Below, piece by piece: positions 23,913-36,793 of a stretch of 64,000 bases of DNA. Each line of letters starts with the position of its first letter. Position 1 is the stretch's first letter. The DNA is taken from contig CDMY01000276.1 in assembly GCA_001179505.1 (NCBI GenBank), forward strand, positions 62,001 through 126,000. The letters are read 5' to 3'. Under the pieces are notes generated by a model. It was not told where the DNA came from. It worked only from the letters and a program-made list of their open reading frames with translations, and did not search any database. A program made the translations under genes and the position numbers. Source of the DNA: Vitrella brassicaformis CCMP3155. Its lineage: Eukaryota; Protista; Chromerida.

Positions 23913-23940
23913 TAACCCTGGGAGTGCTTTAAGGGTTTTG
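23913..23940. promoter_or_regulatory. AACCCT...AGGGTT inverted telomere-like pair about 70-100 bp upstream of the MORN5 ATG
   Basis: Read directly: taaccctgggagtgctttaagggttttg. Confidence 0.3.
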
Positions 23941-25458
23941 ACTCACTGCAAGGCTGGCCCTGTGAGTGCATTCAATGCTGGCCCTGTGGCTGCAGGGCGG
24001 GCCTTCTCACTGGAGGGCTGGCCTTCTGACTAGAGGAGGACATGCCAGCCTTCCGGCCGGCCACTAGGGGGTACCGGCCACGGGGCAGCTTTGGCGCACA
24101 CCCGTGCACACTGAGGACACGTACGTATGTGAATGTCTCTCTGTGTGTCCACGATGCAACGAGTGGGTCAGCGTGGACTGATGTGGTGGGTGGATGGATG
24201 GCATGCATGTTATCCGTGGGTGGTGTGAGGACACTGTGAGTGAATTCATCGCACGCACTTCAGTCACTCAACCAATCGGCACTCACACAAGTGACACACC
24301 ATAGACACTGTCAGCATGCAAGCGAGCCAAGTGAGAAGGAAGGATGGTGTTACAACACCATGGTGGGTGAGCACAGCGCAGCCAGTGGTGTCTTGTCTGG
24401 AGGGGGAGGGGAGAGAGAGAGAGCGAGAGAAAGAGAGTGGGGTGAGGGAGTGGGGGGCAAGAAGAGCAGCAGCAAACCGAGGGAGACAGGAAGGCGTGCA
24501 CCCACCCACTCACTCATCGCAGCGATCAGTGTCAACCGAGGGAGGACATACATACACACGATCGATCGACCGATCGATCAATCAATCAATCAGGAAAAAG
24601 GGCAATCAACATGTCAACCAATTAACCCACTCCCCCACCCTCTCCACACGGCAGGCAGGCGGACAGGCAGACATACACTTTGCAGTCACTGAATGACTGC
24701 CGCGTGTGGTCATTCCTTCCTTCCCCCTAAATTTCTCCAGTGCCTCTGCAACGCCGAGCACCCCACCTTTGTTTGTGTGTGGTGTGTGGTGTGCGTCCCA
24801 GACAGGCCCTGCAGCAGCAGGCAGGAAGCAAAGCAACGACCCACCCACCCGTGGCTGAGCCAGGCAGCCGCCAGAAAAATACTGCCTGCCTGCCTTCGTG
24901 TCAGCGAGAGAAAGCGATTCTGCCCTTCCTCGCACATATGGGTGGAGGGTGATGTGTGTGATGTGTCGATGTCAGGCTCGTAGGAGGGAAGCATGGCAGA
25001 AGGAAGGACACACCAGAGAAGAGAGACGCAGACATACTAAGAGGACATGCCCCTCTTCGCCCCGGCAGCCAGCGCACTTACAAATAGAGTGAGTGCATCA
25101 ACCACCGATCGTCTCAACCAACACACCCAGACACCCAGACAGACAGACAGAAAGACAGACGGCAAACACAGCAGCCAGCACGCCGCATGCCAATACACGC
25201 CCGCACAGATGCTCGCAGCCAACAGGCCGCTCGCTTCATTCGCTCATTCGTTCGTCCTGTTGTTCTTTGAACAGACTGCTCCCATTCCCTCTCCGCCCCT
25301 TTCTCTAGACTACACAGTCAGTCACGAAAAACAGACAGACACATAGCCAGACGTACGTACCGACGACGGACGCACAGACAGCCAGACGAAGATCAGCTTT
25401 GCTCTTGGTCTGTAGGCAGGGATGGATGGATGGATGGGTGTGTCACTTACTCCTTCAG

Positions 25459-26722
25459 TCATTCGCCCTGCACGGGAGGGAGCGGGGGGTGTGGGTGCTG
25501 GCCCTGGCCGTGGGCGTGCGACGGCGAGTGGTGGCCGCCGTGGCGGGGCGAGTGATGATGCTGCTCCATACCGTCTCCCTCCCACTTGGCCTACAAATCA
25601 CACACACACACACACACATACAGAGTGACTGTGAGTGTGTGTGTGGTGGTGTTGGCTGGCTGGTTGGCCGGCTGGTTGGCCTGACCTGTATGTCGGGCAC
25701 TGGTGCGGGTGCGAGTGGGTGTCTGAGCTTGGCGAACTGGTCGGACGGCATCGAGTGGAACAGATCAGACAACGACACGTACACCGACTCGTCTGCGCCC
25801 ACACAGACAGCATACCACCCACACCCGTCATGGCCAGCGTTGATCCCTCCCTCCCTCCCTCCCTCCTTCCCTCCCTCCATGGGTGTCAGTGTGGATGGGG
25901 CGGGGTGGTGGTCTACCTACCGTCTCCTTCTCCCTGGACTTTGGTCCTGTGTGTTCGTTGCTTGGGTCCCTTGGTCTGCCACTCGCCCACGATGGGCTTG
26001 AGGTGCTCGTGGCCGTCCTCGCCCTCCTCCTTCTGAAACGTCACCGGCTGGTAGAACGACTCCCCCGTCGACACTGATATGATGAACGAGTGATGCGGGC
26101 AGCGAATGCACGGCTGCATGACATGACACAGAGAGCCAGACCACAGACAGACAGACAGACAGACGCACAGCAGAGACGAATAGAGAGAGAGAGAGAGAGA
26201 TGCCGGGTGGCTGGGCGAGCGGGTGGGTGTGGCCATCCATCCATCCGACCTGTCCAGCGATGTCTTCGATGTCTTCAGCCTGGTAGAGCGGTCCGCCGGC
26301 GTGGTAGCAGTTGGCGTCGATGGCGTACACGCAACCATTGTACAGAAACAACGCCACTGCACACGACACGGACGAACAACGACACACACGCAACGAACGA
26401 CGGGCAAAGCACAGAACGACAGTCGATGTCCAACGACGGCCCAACGAGCGACGTCCACTGCTCTGGCGGCTCTCTGTGCACATGTATGTACATCTTAAGA
26501 GTGCTGGCTGACCTGGTCGCCCGCTGACCACAACCAAAGTGGGACGCACACCCAGCTGCACACACACACACACACACCTGCCCTCCGACCGACCGACCTG
26601 TGTGGTTATCGCCTTACCGTCTTGAGTGGCACAGTCTTGAACCAGGGCACCCCCTGATTGTCGACCTCCGGCGCCGCGGCATGCTTGGGCGACGTCGGTC
26701 CGCCCAAACTGTGGGAACTCAT
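25459..26722 (-). CDS. RFESD: Rieske [2Fe-2S] domain-containing protein (RFESD-like) with a His-rich tail
   Basis: AIDANCYHAGGPL..EDIED...CIRCPHHSFIISVSTGESFYQ...WQTKGPKQRTH: CxH and CxxH ligands with the RFESD layout. Confidence 0.85.
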
Positions 26723-27089
26723 CTCAAGCTTCTCAACCTGTCAACGAAAACTGGTTGGCGGCTGTGTCAACGAGGTTAAGCGCCTCGGCTCATAGCGCGA
26801 CACACAGCACACAATAAGGACAGCGTTCAGCGCCTTTCAAACTCCTTCGACAAGGCTGGAAAACGGCTCTGCAGAGTGCGAGTTGGGTGTTTCACTGGCG
26901 AACGTCGCTTCGTTCGTCGGTCTCTTTCTCCCCTTGAAGCCAAGCTCGCAGGCCCAAGAGCTCGCACAAGAGAGAAAGACAAAAAGAGAAGCAAAGCAGC
27001 CGCCAGACAAGCAGCAGATTCATCATTACCCGACAGGCCGAGACCGACAGCAGCTGGGTCATTGAATCAACACACACCGGAGTGACATT

Positions 27090-30060
27090 ATGGCTGGTCA
27101 GAGCTTCGTGTCCATGCTGCGCGTGGGCGGGTTCCTCGGCATCCTTTGGGCTAGCTCCAAGCTGATGCGGCTGATAGGCGTGTCGACCATCCTGGCGGAG
27201 ATACTCGTGGGCATGGCCATGGGGCCCCAAGTAGCAAAGGTCCTCCCACACGCATACGACAGACCCGCGGCGGAATTCCAGTACAACTGTGGCGACGTGA
27301 GTCAGTCAGTCAGTCAGTCAGTCAGTCAGAGTGTCGGTCGGATGGTCGGAAGATTGATGTGTTTGTTTGTTCAGAAACTGTGGGCGAAGGACAACATGGC
27401 CAAGTGGAAGGATGGGGGTTTCTCTGAGGACGGCAAGTGGGTCATCAAAAGCCACAGGTGGGCTGGCTGCATCCATGGCTGCGTGCGTACCGTACGTGTG
27501 GCCGGCCAGCCACGGGTGTTCTCTCTTGGTTGCTGTTGGTTGGTGCACTGCAGGCGCCTGCAGCAGGCGCCTCCGCTCCTCAACGACACCATGGCGACGA
27601 CGGTTGTTGATGGGCCGCTCTATCTGTCTGACGTCGAGAACACAGTCCCCGATTCTGACCTGCTGGAACAGGTAGCTTGCTATTTGCTGCTTCTGTCTGC
27701 CTGCTGATGTGCGTGTGTGGTGACTATAGGCACCATCTTGGCGCGGGCGTGGCGAAGTGAGCCGCGCTGTGGAGCGCCGGCGGCTCGCCAGCGACGGTGA
27801 GTGAGCACCCATGCATTGCAGAGGGGTGGATACACTCCCTCGCACTTGTGTGGGTGTGTGTGGGCGAATGTGTGTTGTGTGTGCAGGTGATGAGTGTAAA
27901 GACGTGACGGAGGACCACCAGTGCTGCCACGACCAGACGCACCACGGCCAGAACCTGCCGTCGATATTTGTGCTCATCGGACAGGCGGGCGTGGCTCTCA
28001 TGATCTTCGAGTCAGGCATGCACTTTGACTTCGGCAAAGTCAGACAGGTGCGCGCCGCCCCCGCACACACAACACAGGTGTTGTGTTCTCTGTTTTGTGT
28101 TTCGTGTTTTGTGTGGGTGGGTGCATGTCTATCTATCTTTCTATCCACGTCTGTCTGTCTGTCTGTCTGTCTGTCAGGTGGGCGGGGGGGCGTTGGTGGT
28201 TGCCTTGATCGGCACCCTGCTGCCGATCGGCCTGGGGATGCTCTTCGTCTACATGTGCCTACCGACGGCAACACACAACACACAACACACAACACACCAC
28301 AACACACGCCTGCCTGCCTGCCTGTCCGTCCGTCCGCTCGCCCATGTGATGTGTACCTGATACTATCTATGCCCTGCTGTGCAGGCTGGAGGGCTTCGAC
28401 GGCAGTGTCGTCTACAGTGATGAAAACAAGAGCGGCCTCGCTGCAGGAGTGGTACAGTCCGCGAAGCCACACCCACATCGCACCCAGACGCTTGTTCTGT
28501 TTTTTCTATATTGGCTTGATTGCTTGTGTATGGCTCACTCAGTCACTGGCACCGACCAGTGTGGGCATCGCTCTGAAGCTGCTGATGGAGACAAAGCAGC
28601 TCGGCACCGACTATGGTAGACAGCAAAGGCACACTCACTGCACACATGGCGGGCATATGTGTGTGTGTGTGTGCAGGTCAGGCGGTGATCACGGCGGCCT
28701 TTGCGGACGACGTGCTGTCGCTCCTGGCCTTCATCGTACTGGAGCAGCTGAAGGTGACAGACAGACAATAGACCAGCAATGGACGAGGACACTGTCGTCA
28801 TGTGAGCGTGTGTGTCATTATTTGTGTGTGCAGCCAGGTGAGGAGATCACCTTTCAGGTCGTGGGTGTGCCCGCCATCACGTCGGTGGCACTGCTCGTCT
28901 TTGGAGCGTTCGCGGCCGTCAAGGTGTGTTAGCGCGCCTGTGCACCGCGCGGCACCAATGTCAGGCAGACAGGCAGGCAGGCAGGCAGAGAACAGATGGT
29001 ACTATGCCGGATGCTGTGTGTCGTTGGTTCATCATTCGTGCGTGTCTCCACGTTGTGTGCGGTGTGGTGTCTGGTGTGGTCCCTCCCTCCGTCCCGTAGA
29101 TCTACCCCAAGTACCTGCCCAAGATCCTCCACAAGATCAAAGAAGACCCCAAACAATGTATGTATCCCACCCATCGAATCGACAGACACACAAATGTGGG
29201 TCTCGTCTTCTCTCTCCCTCTCTCGCCCTCTCCCTCTTGTGTGCGCGTGGTTGTGCAGCGTTCCAGCCCCGCGACGCTTTGCTGCTGGTCACCATGTTCG
29301 CCACGCTCATCGGCTTCGCGTAGGCACTGACCGCACCCACGCACGAAATACGTACGCCTGTGTGTATCTGTGTGAGCATCTTTTGTTTGTGCAGAGAGCT
29401 GTCGGTCGTTGCCAAGGCGTCCCATCTGCTGGGCTGCTTCGTCGCAGGCATGTGCTTCACAGGCGTCCACAGGGCGCACCACGTACGTGATGCCGGCTGG
29501 GCTGCACACGAGCCAGCCACTGATTGATGCGTCATGATGGATGGCGATTGATTATCCATCCTAACCACTTGTTCATTCATCAGATCTGGAAGACGCAGAC
29601 GAAGCGCATCACCGCCTGGATGGTGCGGCTCTTCTTCGGGGCGACCGTCGGCTTCGCCATACCCACAAAGGAACTCGGCACCATTGACGCCTTCTGGAAG
29701 GTCCGTCGGTCGGTCGGTCGGCCGGCCAGCCACCCACACCCACACCGGCCGAAGTGTGTGTTGTGTGGTTGATTGACTCTTTGTTGGCAGGGTGTTGTGC
29801 TGGCGGTGTTTCCGGCCATTGGCGCGAAGGTTGTCAGCGGCCTGCACATGGGCCCGGCAAAGTGGGTGTGCAGGGTGTGTGTGGGGGTGTAGGGTGTGTT
29901 GGTTGTGTGTGAGAGTGTGTGTGTGTATATGTTTGTTGTGACCAGGTGGGTCGTTGGGTGGGCGATGGTGGGCCGCGCAGAGTTTGCCTACTTCATTGCA
30001 GAGAGCGCCGTCAACGGGAGTACACACAAAGCTGAAAGATGGATCGGTGGACTGCATCAA

Positions 30061-30096
<36 letters not shown>

Positions 30097-32668
30097 TGGT
30101 GTGCTTGGTGTGTGCAGACTTGACGACGCCTCAGGTGTTCGCCCAGATCATATGGGCGCTGCTCATCTGCACGGCCGTCAGCCCGTTCCTCTTCAAATTT
30201 GTGCTGCTCCAGCAAATGAAGAAAAAGAGGTCAGTCAGTCAAGTCAGCTCAGCCACACACCACACCACACCACACCACACCCCCCCACTTGTCTGAGTAT
30301 GTGTGTGGATTGCATTGCATGCCCCCCATGCAGCCCGGTTCGATCGCCTTACATCCGGTTCCGCGGCTTCCAGGAGGGCGACAGGGGGAAGCCTTCGCAC
30401 AACGACAACTCTTTCAGGGTGCAGATCGCCGCGCCACACAAAACTGGAGTCATCTTTGAAATCGGTGGGTGGGTGCGGACGGTCCCACCACCTGCTGTGT
30501 TGTCACACACACACAAAGCCTCGCTGTCTGTCTGTCTGGCTGGCTGGCTGGCTGGCTGCCTGTGGTCGACCCACCTGGTGTGCAGTGGAGCTGCTGCACG
30601 ATGTCAGCCTGGACATACTGGCAATCGACGTCCACTCTGACGGGGAAACCGATATTGGGTGAGTGGCGTGGGTGTGGTGTGGTGGGGGCGTCAATCATTG
30701 AGTGCAGAGTGCGTCCCTGTGTGTGTGTGTGTGTGGACGGTCGGTCTGTCGGTCGGTGCTTACAGCGTCTACACGGTGGTGCCCCGTGGCGGCAAGGGTG
30801 TGGTGGATGAGGAGAAACTCAAAGAGGTCCAACACAACATCGTCGACGCACTCGACCACCACGACGCTCGGGTACCTACCTGGGTGGTGGGGGGGTGCGT
30901 GGGGGGGGACAAATGGATTGTGTGTGTGTGTGTGTGTGGATGGGTGTGTCCAGGTGGTGTTTCTGCCGGGGATGGTGCGGCCCTCTCTCGCGCCGCTCTG
31001 CAAGGTCCGTCGGAGAGCCACCCACGTGTGTTGTGTGCACGCACCACAAACCACCGCAAGTCTGTCTGTCTGTCTGTCTTTCATGCGTCACTCACGTCAC
31101 TCACGTAGATATCGCTGCTGACGTCTCACCACCCCGACCTGATGCCCAATCTGCTGCAGCTCTTCGCCGAGGAGACCGTCACCATCGAGCAGGGCAACGT
31201 CGAGCAGCTCGAGGGGCTCGGCGCCACATATGCCTGCGTCTTCCTCTGCAGACAATTCGACACACAAAGTCAGTTGGTTGACAGCAGAGAGACAGCGAGA
31301 TGGTGTGAGATCTTATCTGTTGGATCTTATCTGTTGGCCCTCTCTCTTGTCGCATCGCAGGCCGCGTCAGAGCCCAGAACGGCCCCGCTGACGCCGGCAG
31401 CAAACCTGCAGAAATCATGTTTACCGAAGAGAAACTCAACAAGGCAGGCACACTAAGCCCACGCCACCACACCATGGCTGTGCTCATCTCCCTCCCTCCC
31501 TCCCTGTCTGTCTGTCTGTCTGTGTATGGTGTCAGATTCGCACCCGTATTTGTGACATCTTTGACGCCATAGGCCTGCGTGGGGAGGTCATGTGCATCTC
31601 CCTCGACCCGGAGCAGGCCGGGCCGACCGGCGACATCGCACACGACCCTTTCCAGATCCACACCAGCTCAGAGCAGCTCGAGAAGGTCAGTACAGTCAGT
31701 ACGTCGGATGGATGGATGGATGGACAGATGGACGGATGGATCTTGGCCCTTCTCTCTGTCTGTGTGTCTGTGTGTCTGTCCTTTCGCTCCTTCTTTCAGG
31801 TTCGGTTGACTTTCGACCCGGCGTCTGAGAGGACGCCCGTCATGTGCAGCAACCTGCTGTCAAAGGCACGCACGCGCACGTGGCCACATACACGTGGCCG
31901 CCTCTAGATACACATGTGCATGTGTGTGAGTTCTGTGGTTGGTTCCATGCAGGTCACTGAGCTGCTGCACGACAAGAGTCTGAACTTGGTGGCGGCGCGC
32001 ATCTCGCCGGCCCAGTGGCTGCTCTATATGGACGACGCCACGCAGTACCGCCGCTCGCAGGGAAGCCCCCCAGTCAGCCCTACAGCCGGTAGGTACCTGA
32101 CACACATATACCCACGCACACACACCCACACCCACACACACTCACAGGCCGTGCGTGCGCGTGTGTGTGTTCAGGCAAGGGCAAGGGCAAGGGCAAGTCG
32201 AAGGAGAAGCAGAGTGTGGAGAGACAAGCAGCAGCAGCAGCAGCAGCAGCGGCCGAGGGCGAGGGAGAGGGCCCCAGCCTCGAGTTCGACCGGGAGCAGC
32301 AAGGTGGGCTGGGCCAAGGTGGATGGATGGATGAATGGAGGGACGGCCGGTCTGTGTGCGGTGTGGATGTCTGTCTGTCTGTCTGTGTTTGTTTCTTCTT
32401 TTCTGTCTCCAGGCAAGCCAATGTTCGGTGTGCCTGCCGACCAGCTGTCTGGCGGCAGGGTTGAGGACGTCGAGCTCCTCAAACAAATCAGACAAGTCCT
32501 CAAGGTGGGTGGGCTGGTGGAGCACCACACCACACGGACAAGTCAGATCCCCTCTGTGTGTGCGTGTGTATGCGTGTGTTCGGTCGGCAGGACTTTGGTC
32601 TGGAGACCGCCACTGTGCGTGCCGAGACGGTCCGCAACGACTCCAAGCTGCTGTCGTTCGCGCTCTGA
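27090..32668 (+). CDS. Cation/H+ antiporter (CPA, Na_H_Exchanger family) with a large N-terminal loop insertion and C-terminal ACT-like domains; more than 20 exons
   Basis: ILAEILVGMAMGP, IGQAGVALMIFESGMHFD, SLAPTSVGIALKLLME, AAFADDVLSL, LLGCFVAGMCF, FFGATVGFAIP and AMVGRAEFAYFIA. C-terminal FRVQIAAPHKTGVIFEIVELLHDVSLDIL and SNLLSKVTELLHDKSLNLVAARI. Confidence 0.85.
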
Positions 32669-33265
32669 TCAACCGACCAGTCGATGTGGGTCGGTCCCTC
32701 AGCTGAGGCAGCCCCTTGCTGAGTCTCTGCCTACGTGTGTGCGAAATCGGGCAGGTTTCTGTGTTGTTGCTGCTTTCTCCGTCTCGATGGCCGCTCAGTC
32801 GAGCGTGTGTGCGTATGCGTCTGATGGCTGGCATGGACAGACAGACAGATGCGCCGGACGTTTTTCCGGCTCGCTCACTCACTCATCGCTTGGTTGTCTC
32901 ATTCGTTTGTTCGTTGACTCATGGGTCACTCACTGTTCATTGGATTGGTGTGGCCGCACTGAACTGCACGAACGAGGAATGGATGGACTGACTAACGCGA
33001 CCGTCGACAGTCAATCCGATGTATGCGCCATGGTCCGCTCATTCCGGCCATCCATCCAATAACAATACCCCCACAGTGCCGGCCCAGAGACAGACAGACC
33101 ATGGACTAAATGGCTGACTGTTGCGTCAATGGCAGCCAGCTCCAAACCCCTTGGAGACGATCTCTCGCCGTCCAGGTTTGTGTGTGCGCTTGCGTGCTTC
33201 AGATTGTCCATCACCATTCATTACATCACATCGTTCGTTGGTCAGTCCCTCGTTGGTCAGTCAGG

Positions 33266-34880
33266 TTATATGGCCTGTGGTTCGATGGCCGTGCCGAGGG
33301 GGTCTGGGGCGGGTCGGCCGTCGTTGTCCATCTCGCCCTCGACAGCCCATGTGTAGTTGTATTTCCAATGCAGCTGCCGACGCACCTATAGGCACACACA
33401 CACGTGTGGTTGGATGGATGGATGGATGGATCAACACACACATTTAAAAAGCTCGATACATGCAAACGACCGACGGACGGCAGGGAAGCGTGTGCGTGTG
33501 TGTGTGTGTGTGTGCGGCTGGCTGACCGATGAGAAGGGCGATGCCATGCGGCCGCGGCCACTCGGCGCCAGAAACCGGTCGGGCTTCCACTTCTGACACA
33601 AGAAAGAACAACCACACACACATTGCAATCACTGCCGTCGGTCGCCACACCTTCCCGAACTGCCCACTGGCATACTTACCTCAGTGACGAATTCCGCCCG
33701 TGAGCCGGGGTACACACGCGACAGACCGATGCTGCACACACACATACAGACATCATCCTGGCTGGACGGATGGATGGATGGATGGATGGCCGGATGGATG
33801 GCTGACTTGACGAGGTTTTGTATCTGCATGAGGTGTTCGATGGGCCCGTGGTACTGGAAGGAGAAGACGCCGTTCTTGGCGCCCAGCAGAGTCGCCACAC
33901 CGCACCCCTACACACACACGCACACACACAAGATGCGGATAGCCATCCGCAATCCGCCTGGATGGATGGATGGATGGATCTGACCTGCCCCTGGTCGACA
34001 TAGTTGATGACCTTCCGCGCCTTCTCGACCTCCTGTGGACGGACATGTCAGCCACAACACACAACACACAACACAGCACAGCACGACAAGCGAGGTGAGG
34101 TGCGCACACAGACACACATCCATCCATCCATCCATCCACGACCGGCATCGATTCATGTCACGCATTCGAGTAGGATGGGGATCGTGTGTCACTTTCATGC
34201 TCGCCCATTCACTCACTTCCTCCCTCCCGTACGTACGCACCTTCATGTCGATGGGTCCTTCGCCCGCCGCCTTGTCGGCCCTGACCTCCATGTGCGGCGT
34301 GCGGCCCAGACCGAAATCAGGCAGCGTGAAGATCGTACCCGACGTCGTGTTGTACCTGCACACGCACACACGCACACACACACACACACACACACGCACA
34401 CATCCATCCATCCATCCATCCATCTCTCCAAGGGGTCTCGGTCTCTCTGCCTGTTGTGTGAATGTGTGTGAGATGAGAGAGTGCTGAGCATACCTACCAT
34501 CCGTTTTGTATGTGCCGCAGCTCCTCAAACCGCAGCTGCAGTGTCGTCCGGGAAGCACCCAGCTCCCACGTTTCGTCAACCTGCCGCCGGCGGATCTTCT
34601 CGGGGTCGTCGCCATACAGAGGATATCCCCATATCATCCGCAAGCCCAACACACACGACCGCCTGGATGGCTGAACGCGGCGCAACAGCAGCGGGCGATG
34701 CATTTGGCGAGATGCGAAAGGCCGCAGGAAGGCCACAGCTGGGAGGAAGGGGAGAGGGCGGGACGGATGTCGGCGTGGTGCCCTGCGGTTTCTTGTCAGA
34801 TCCACGAGGCGATGCAAACATGGATGCTGCGGCAGGAAGGCAAAGATGAACCCCGCGATGGCCTTCACTGCGGTCGTCAT
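33266..34880 (-). CDS. Hypothetical, probably plastid-targeted protein with a possible degenerate NifU-C-like segment
   Basis: Phase-consistent exons ...IWGYPLYGDDPEKIRRRQ...QNGW / YNTTSG...PIDMK / EVEKARKVINYVDQGQ / GCGVATLLGAKNGVFSFQYHGPIEHLMQIQNLV / ...FVTE / KWKPDRF...FSS / LHWKYNYTW...EPQAI*. Hydrophobic start, then an AVA-F motif and an R/S-rich segment. Confidence 0.7.
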
Positions 34881-35056
34881 TGGCCGTAAAGGACAGACCG
34901 CCCTGCCACGTCGCTCCTCTTTGCTTCTGCGAGCTCGGCGCCACCAGATCTTGGCCAGATCTGCCCTCCCCTTGAGCAACACCGTGACGGCAATGAGATC
35001 ATCTTGACGTGTCCAAGCAGAACTGCATCGGAATCAGCTACAGAAAAGGCAAGAGG

Positions 35057-36793
35057 ATGTGCGGCATTCTACTGATGCTGTTGCATCATTGGGTGATCAT
35101 CATGCTTCACTCATGGGCAGCACTGGCAGCAGCATTCACCCACACGGCGCCAACAGTCTTTCGGCATCCATCTCGCTCATGGCGTTCGCGTCATCACCAC
35201 TCGGTGGCTCTCCTTGGCGATAAGATGTTGGCAGCATTCTCGCACAAGAACGGCCTCAATCAGCGTGCGGCAGCAATGGGAAGCGAGGTGGACAGCGACT
35301 CTCATCGGGAAGGTGGGATGACTATTGATGGCTCTGGTGGCTTTGGGCTCTCCCTGGACAAGGCCGAGAAGGTGAGCGACGAAGAGATCGATGGCATTGT
35401 GAAGGCCATGTCGGAGAGCAAAGGAGGAGATCTCGAAGGCGAAAAGTACCAGTGCAGTACGGCAGACGAGGACCCGATTGTGAAGGCGCTAAAGGGCATT
35501 CTGGGATGCGAGCAGGTGACCTCATTCGAGCTACTTGATAGCAGGTGGGTGGGTGGTTTGAGAGAACAATATATATGTGCACATGATTTATGGCTGGTTG
35601 CCTATGTGGTTGCCTATTTCCCGTGTGTTGATGTCATGTCCGTCCGTCCGTCGGTCGTCAGATGGAATGGCAACGAGGCGGTCAAGTACATGACTGACAA
35701 AGGCCCCTTCTTCGTCAAGATGAACAGAGTCGAGCACCTGTCCGTCTTCATGCAGGAGGCTGTCAGCCTCACGGCCATCGCAAAGACCAACACCCTTCGT
35801 GTGCCCAAGCCGCTTCATGTGGGAGTGCTCCCAAAGGTACTTACTGCAAAGTCTTCGTGTGAGTGAAAGACAGTGAGTGCCCTGCATTGACTGTCGTCTG
35901 TCTGTCAGGTCGGCTCGTTCGGCCCTGGCTCATTCATGGTATTGGATTATCTGCCCTTGATTCCGTTCGGTTCCCTGCAAGCGGAAAATCAGAAAGCTCT
36001 CGGGCGGCAGCTAGCAGACCTGCACCTGGACGACTCTCACGATGCTGTTCATGCCGGGCGGTTCGGGTTTGTCGTCAACAGCTTCTTGTCGCTCACTCCC
36101 CTCAACAACACTTGGACGGACGACTGGTGCGATTTCCTGGCTCGGAGGCTGGGCGATCAGCTGCATGTACAGAGCACCTCCATCCGTCACAGAGCATACA
36201 GACATGTGAATGGCAATTTACCATATGGACCTCTTGTCCGTGTATGGTGTACTGTGCTGTGACAGGGTCTGTACGTGGACAAGGCCTACGGTCGAGCCCC
36301 ACTGGACAAGGCCGGCGCCCAACCCATGATTGAGAAAGGCGAAAGAGTCATCGCCGCTTTGCCTCGCTTCTTCGCCGACCTTGACAGCGTGGCGCACGGG
36401 GGTTTACGGCCGTCACTGCTGCACGGCGACTTGTGGATCGGCAACACTGGCGCCACTGGTGAGGGACAGCCGACCGCCTTTGATCCTGCGAGCTTCTTCG
36501 GGCATCACGAGTTCGATCTTGCGCTGGCTTACATGTTCGGAGGCTTTCGTGACGAGTTCTACCAAGAGTATCATCGCGCCATTCCGCGGGCACCGTTGTT
36601 CGAATCGAGGCAGCTGATATACCAGCTGTACCAGTACCTGAATCAGCTGAACCTGTTTGGCGATCCGCGTGTCAAGGGCAAGTGCGAGGAGCTGATGGAC
36701 CACATCCTATCGATCAAGGACCCAGCGTCGCCATTCGGCGGCAAGAGCAGCCCAATGGCATTAGGAGAAAGGGTTGCTACGAGAAGACACTGA
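35057..36793 (+). CDS. FN3K: Fructosamine/ketosamine-3-kinase family protein with a plastid-type bipartite leader, 4 exons
   Basis: FFVKMN..F..EA.SL.AIA.T.TLRVPKP, LGRQLADLH, RFGF..N.FL..TPL.N.W..DW, PSLLHGDLWIGN and FDPASFFGHHEFDLA...FGGF. Leader ..ALAAA|FTH. Confidence 0.92.

Noticed and set aside
23950-25400. Possible genes in SSR-rich intervals 23950-25400 and 36800-37900
   Set aside because: Splice-like signals are present, but I could not build a phase-consistent coding model. They may be UTRs or non-coding transcripts.
18479-34880. Fe-S gene cluster (HCF101, RFESD, NifU-like)
   Set aside because: The genes are separated by unrelated ones, differ in strand and predicted compartment, and the NifU call is weak.
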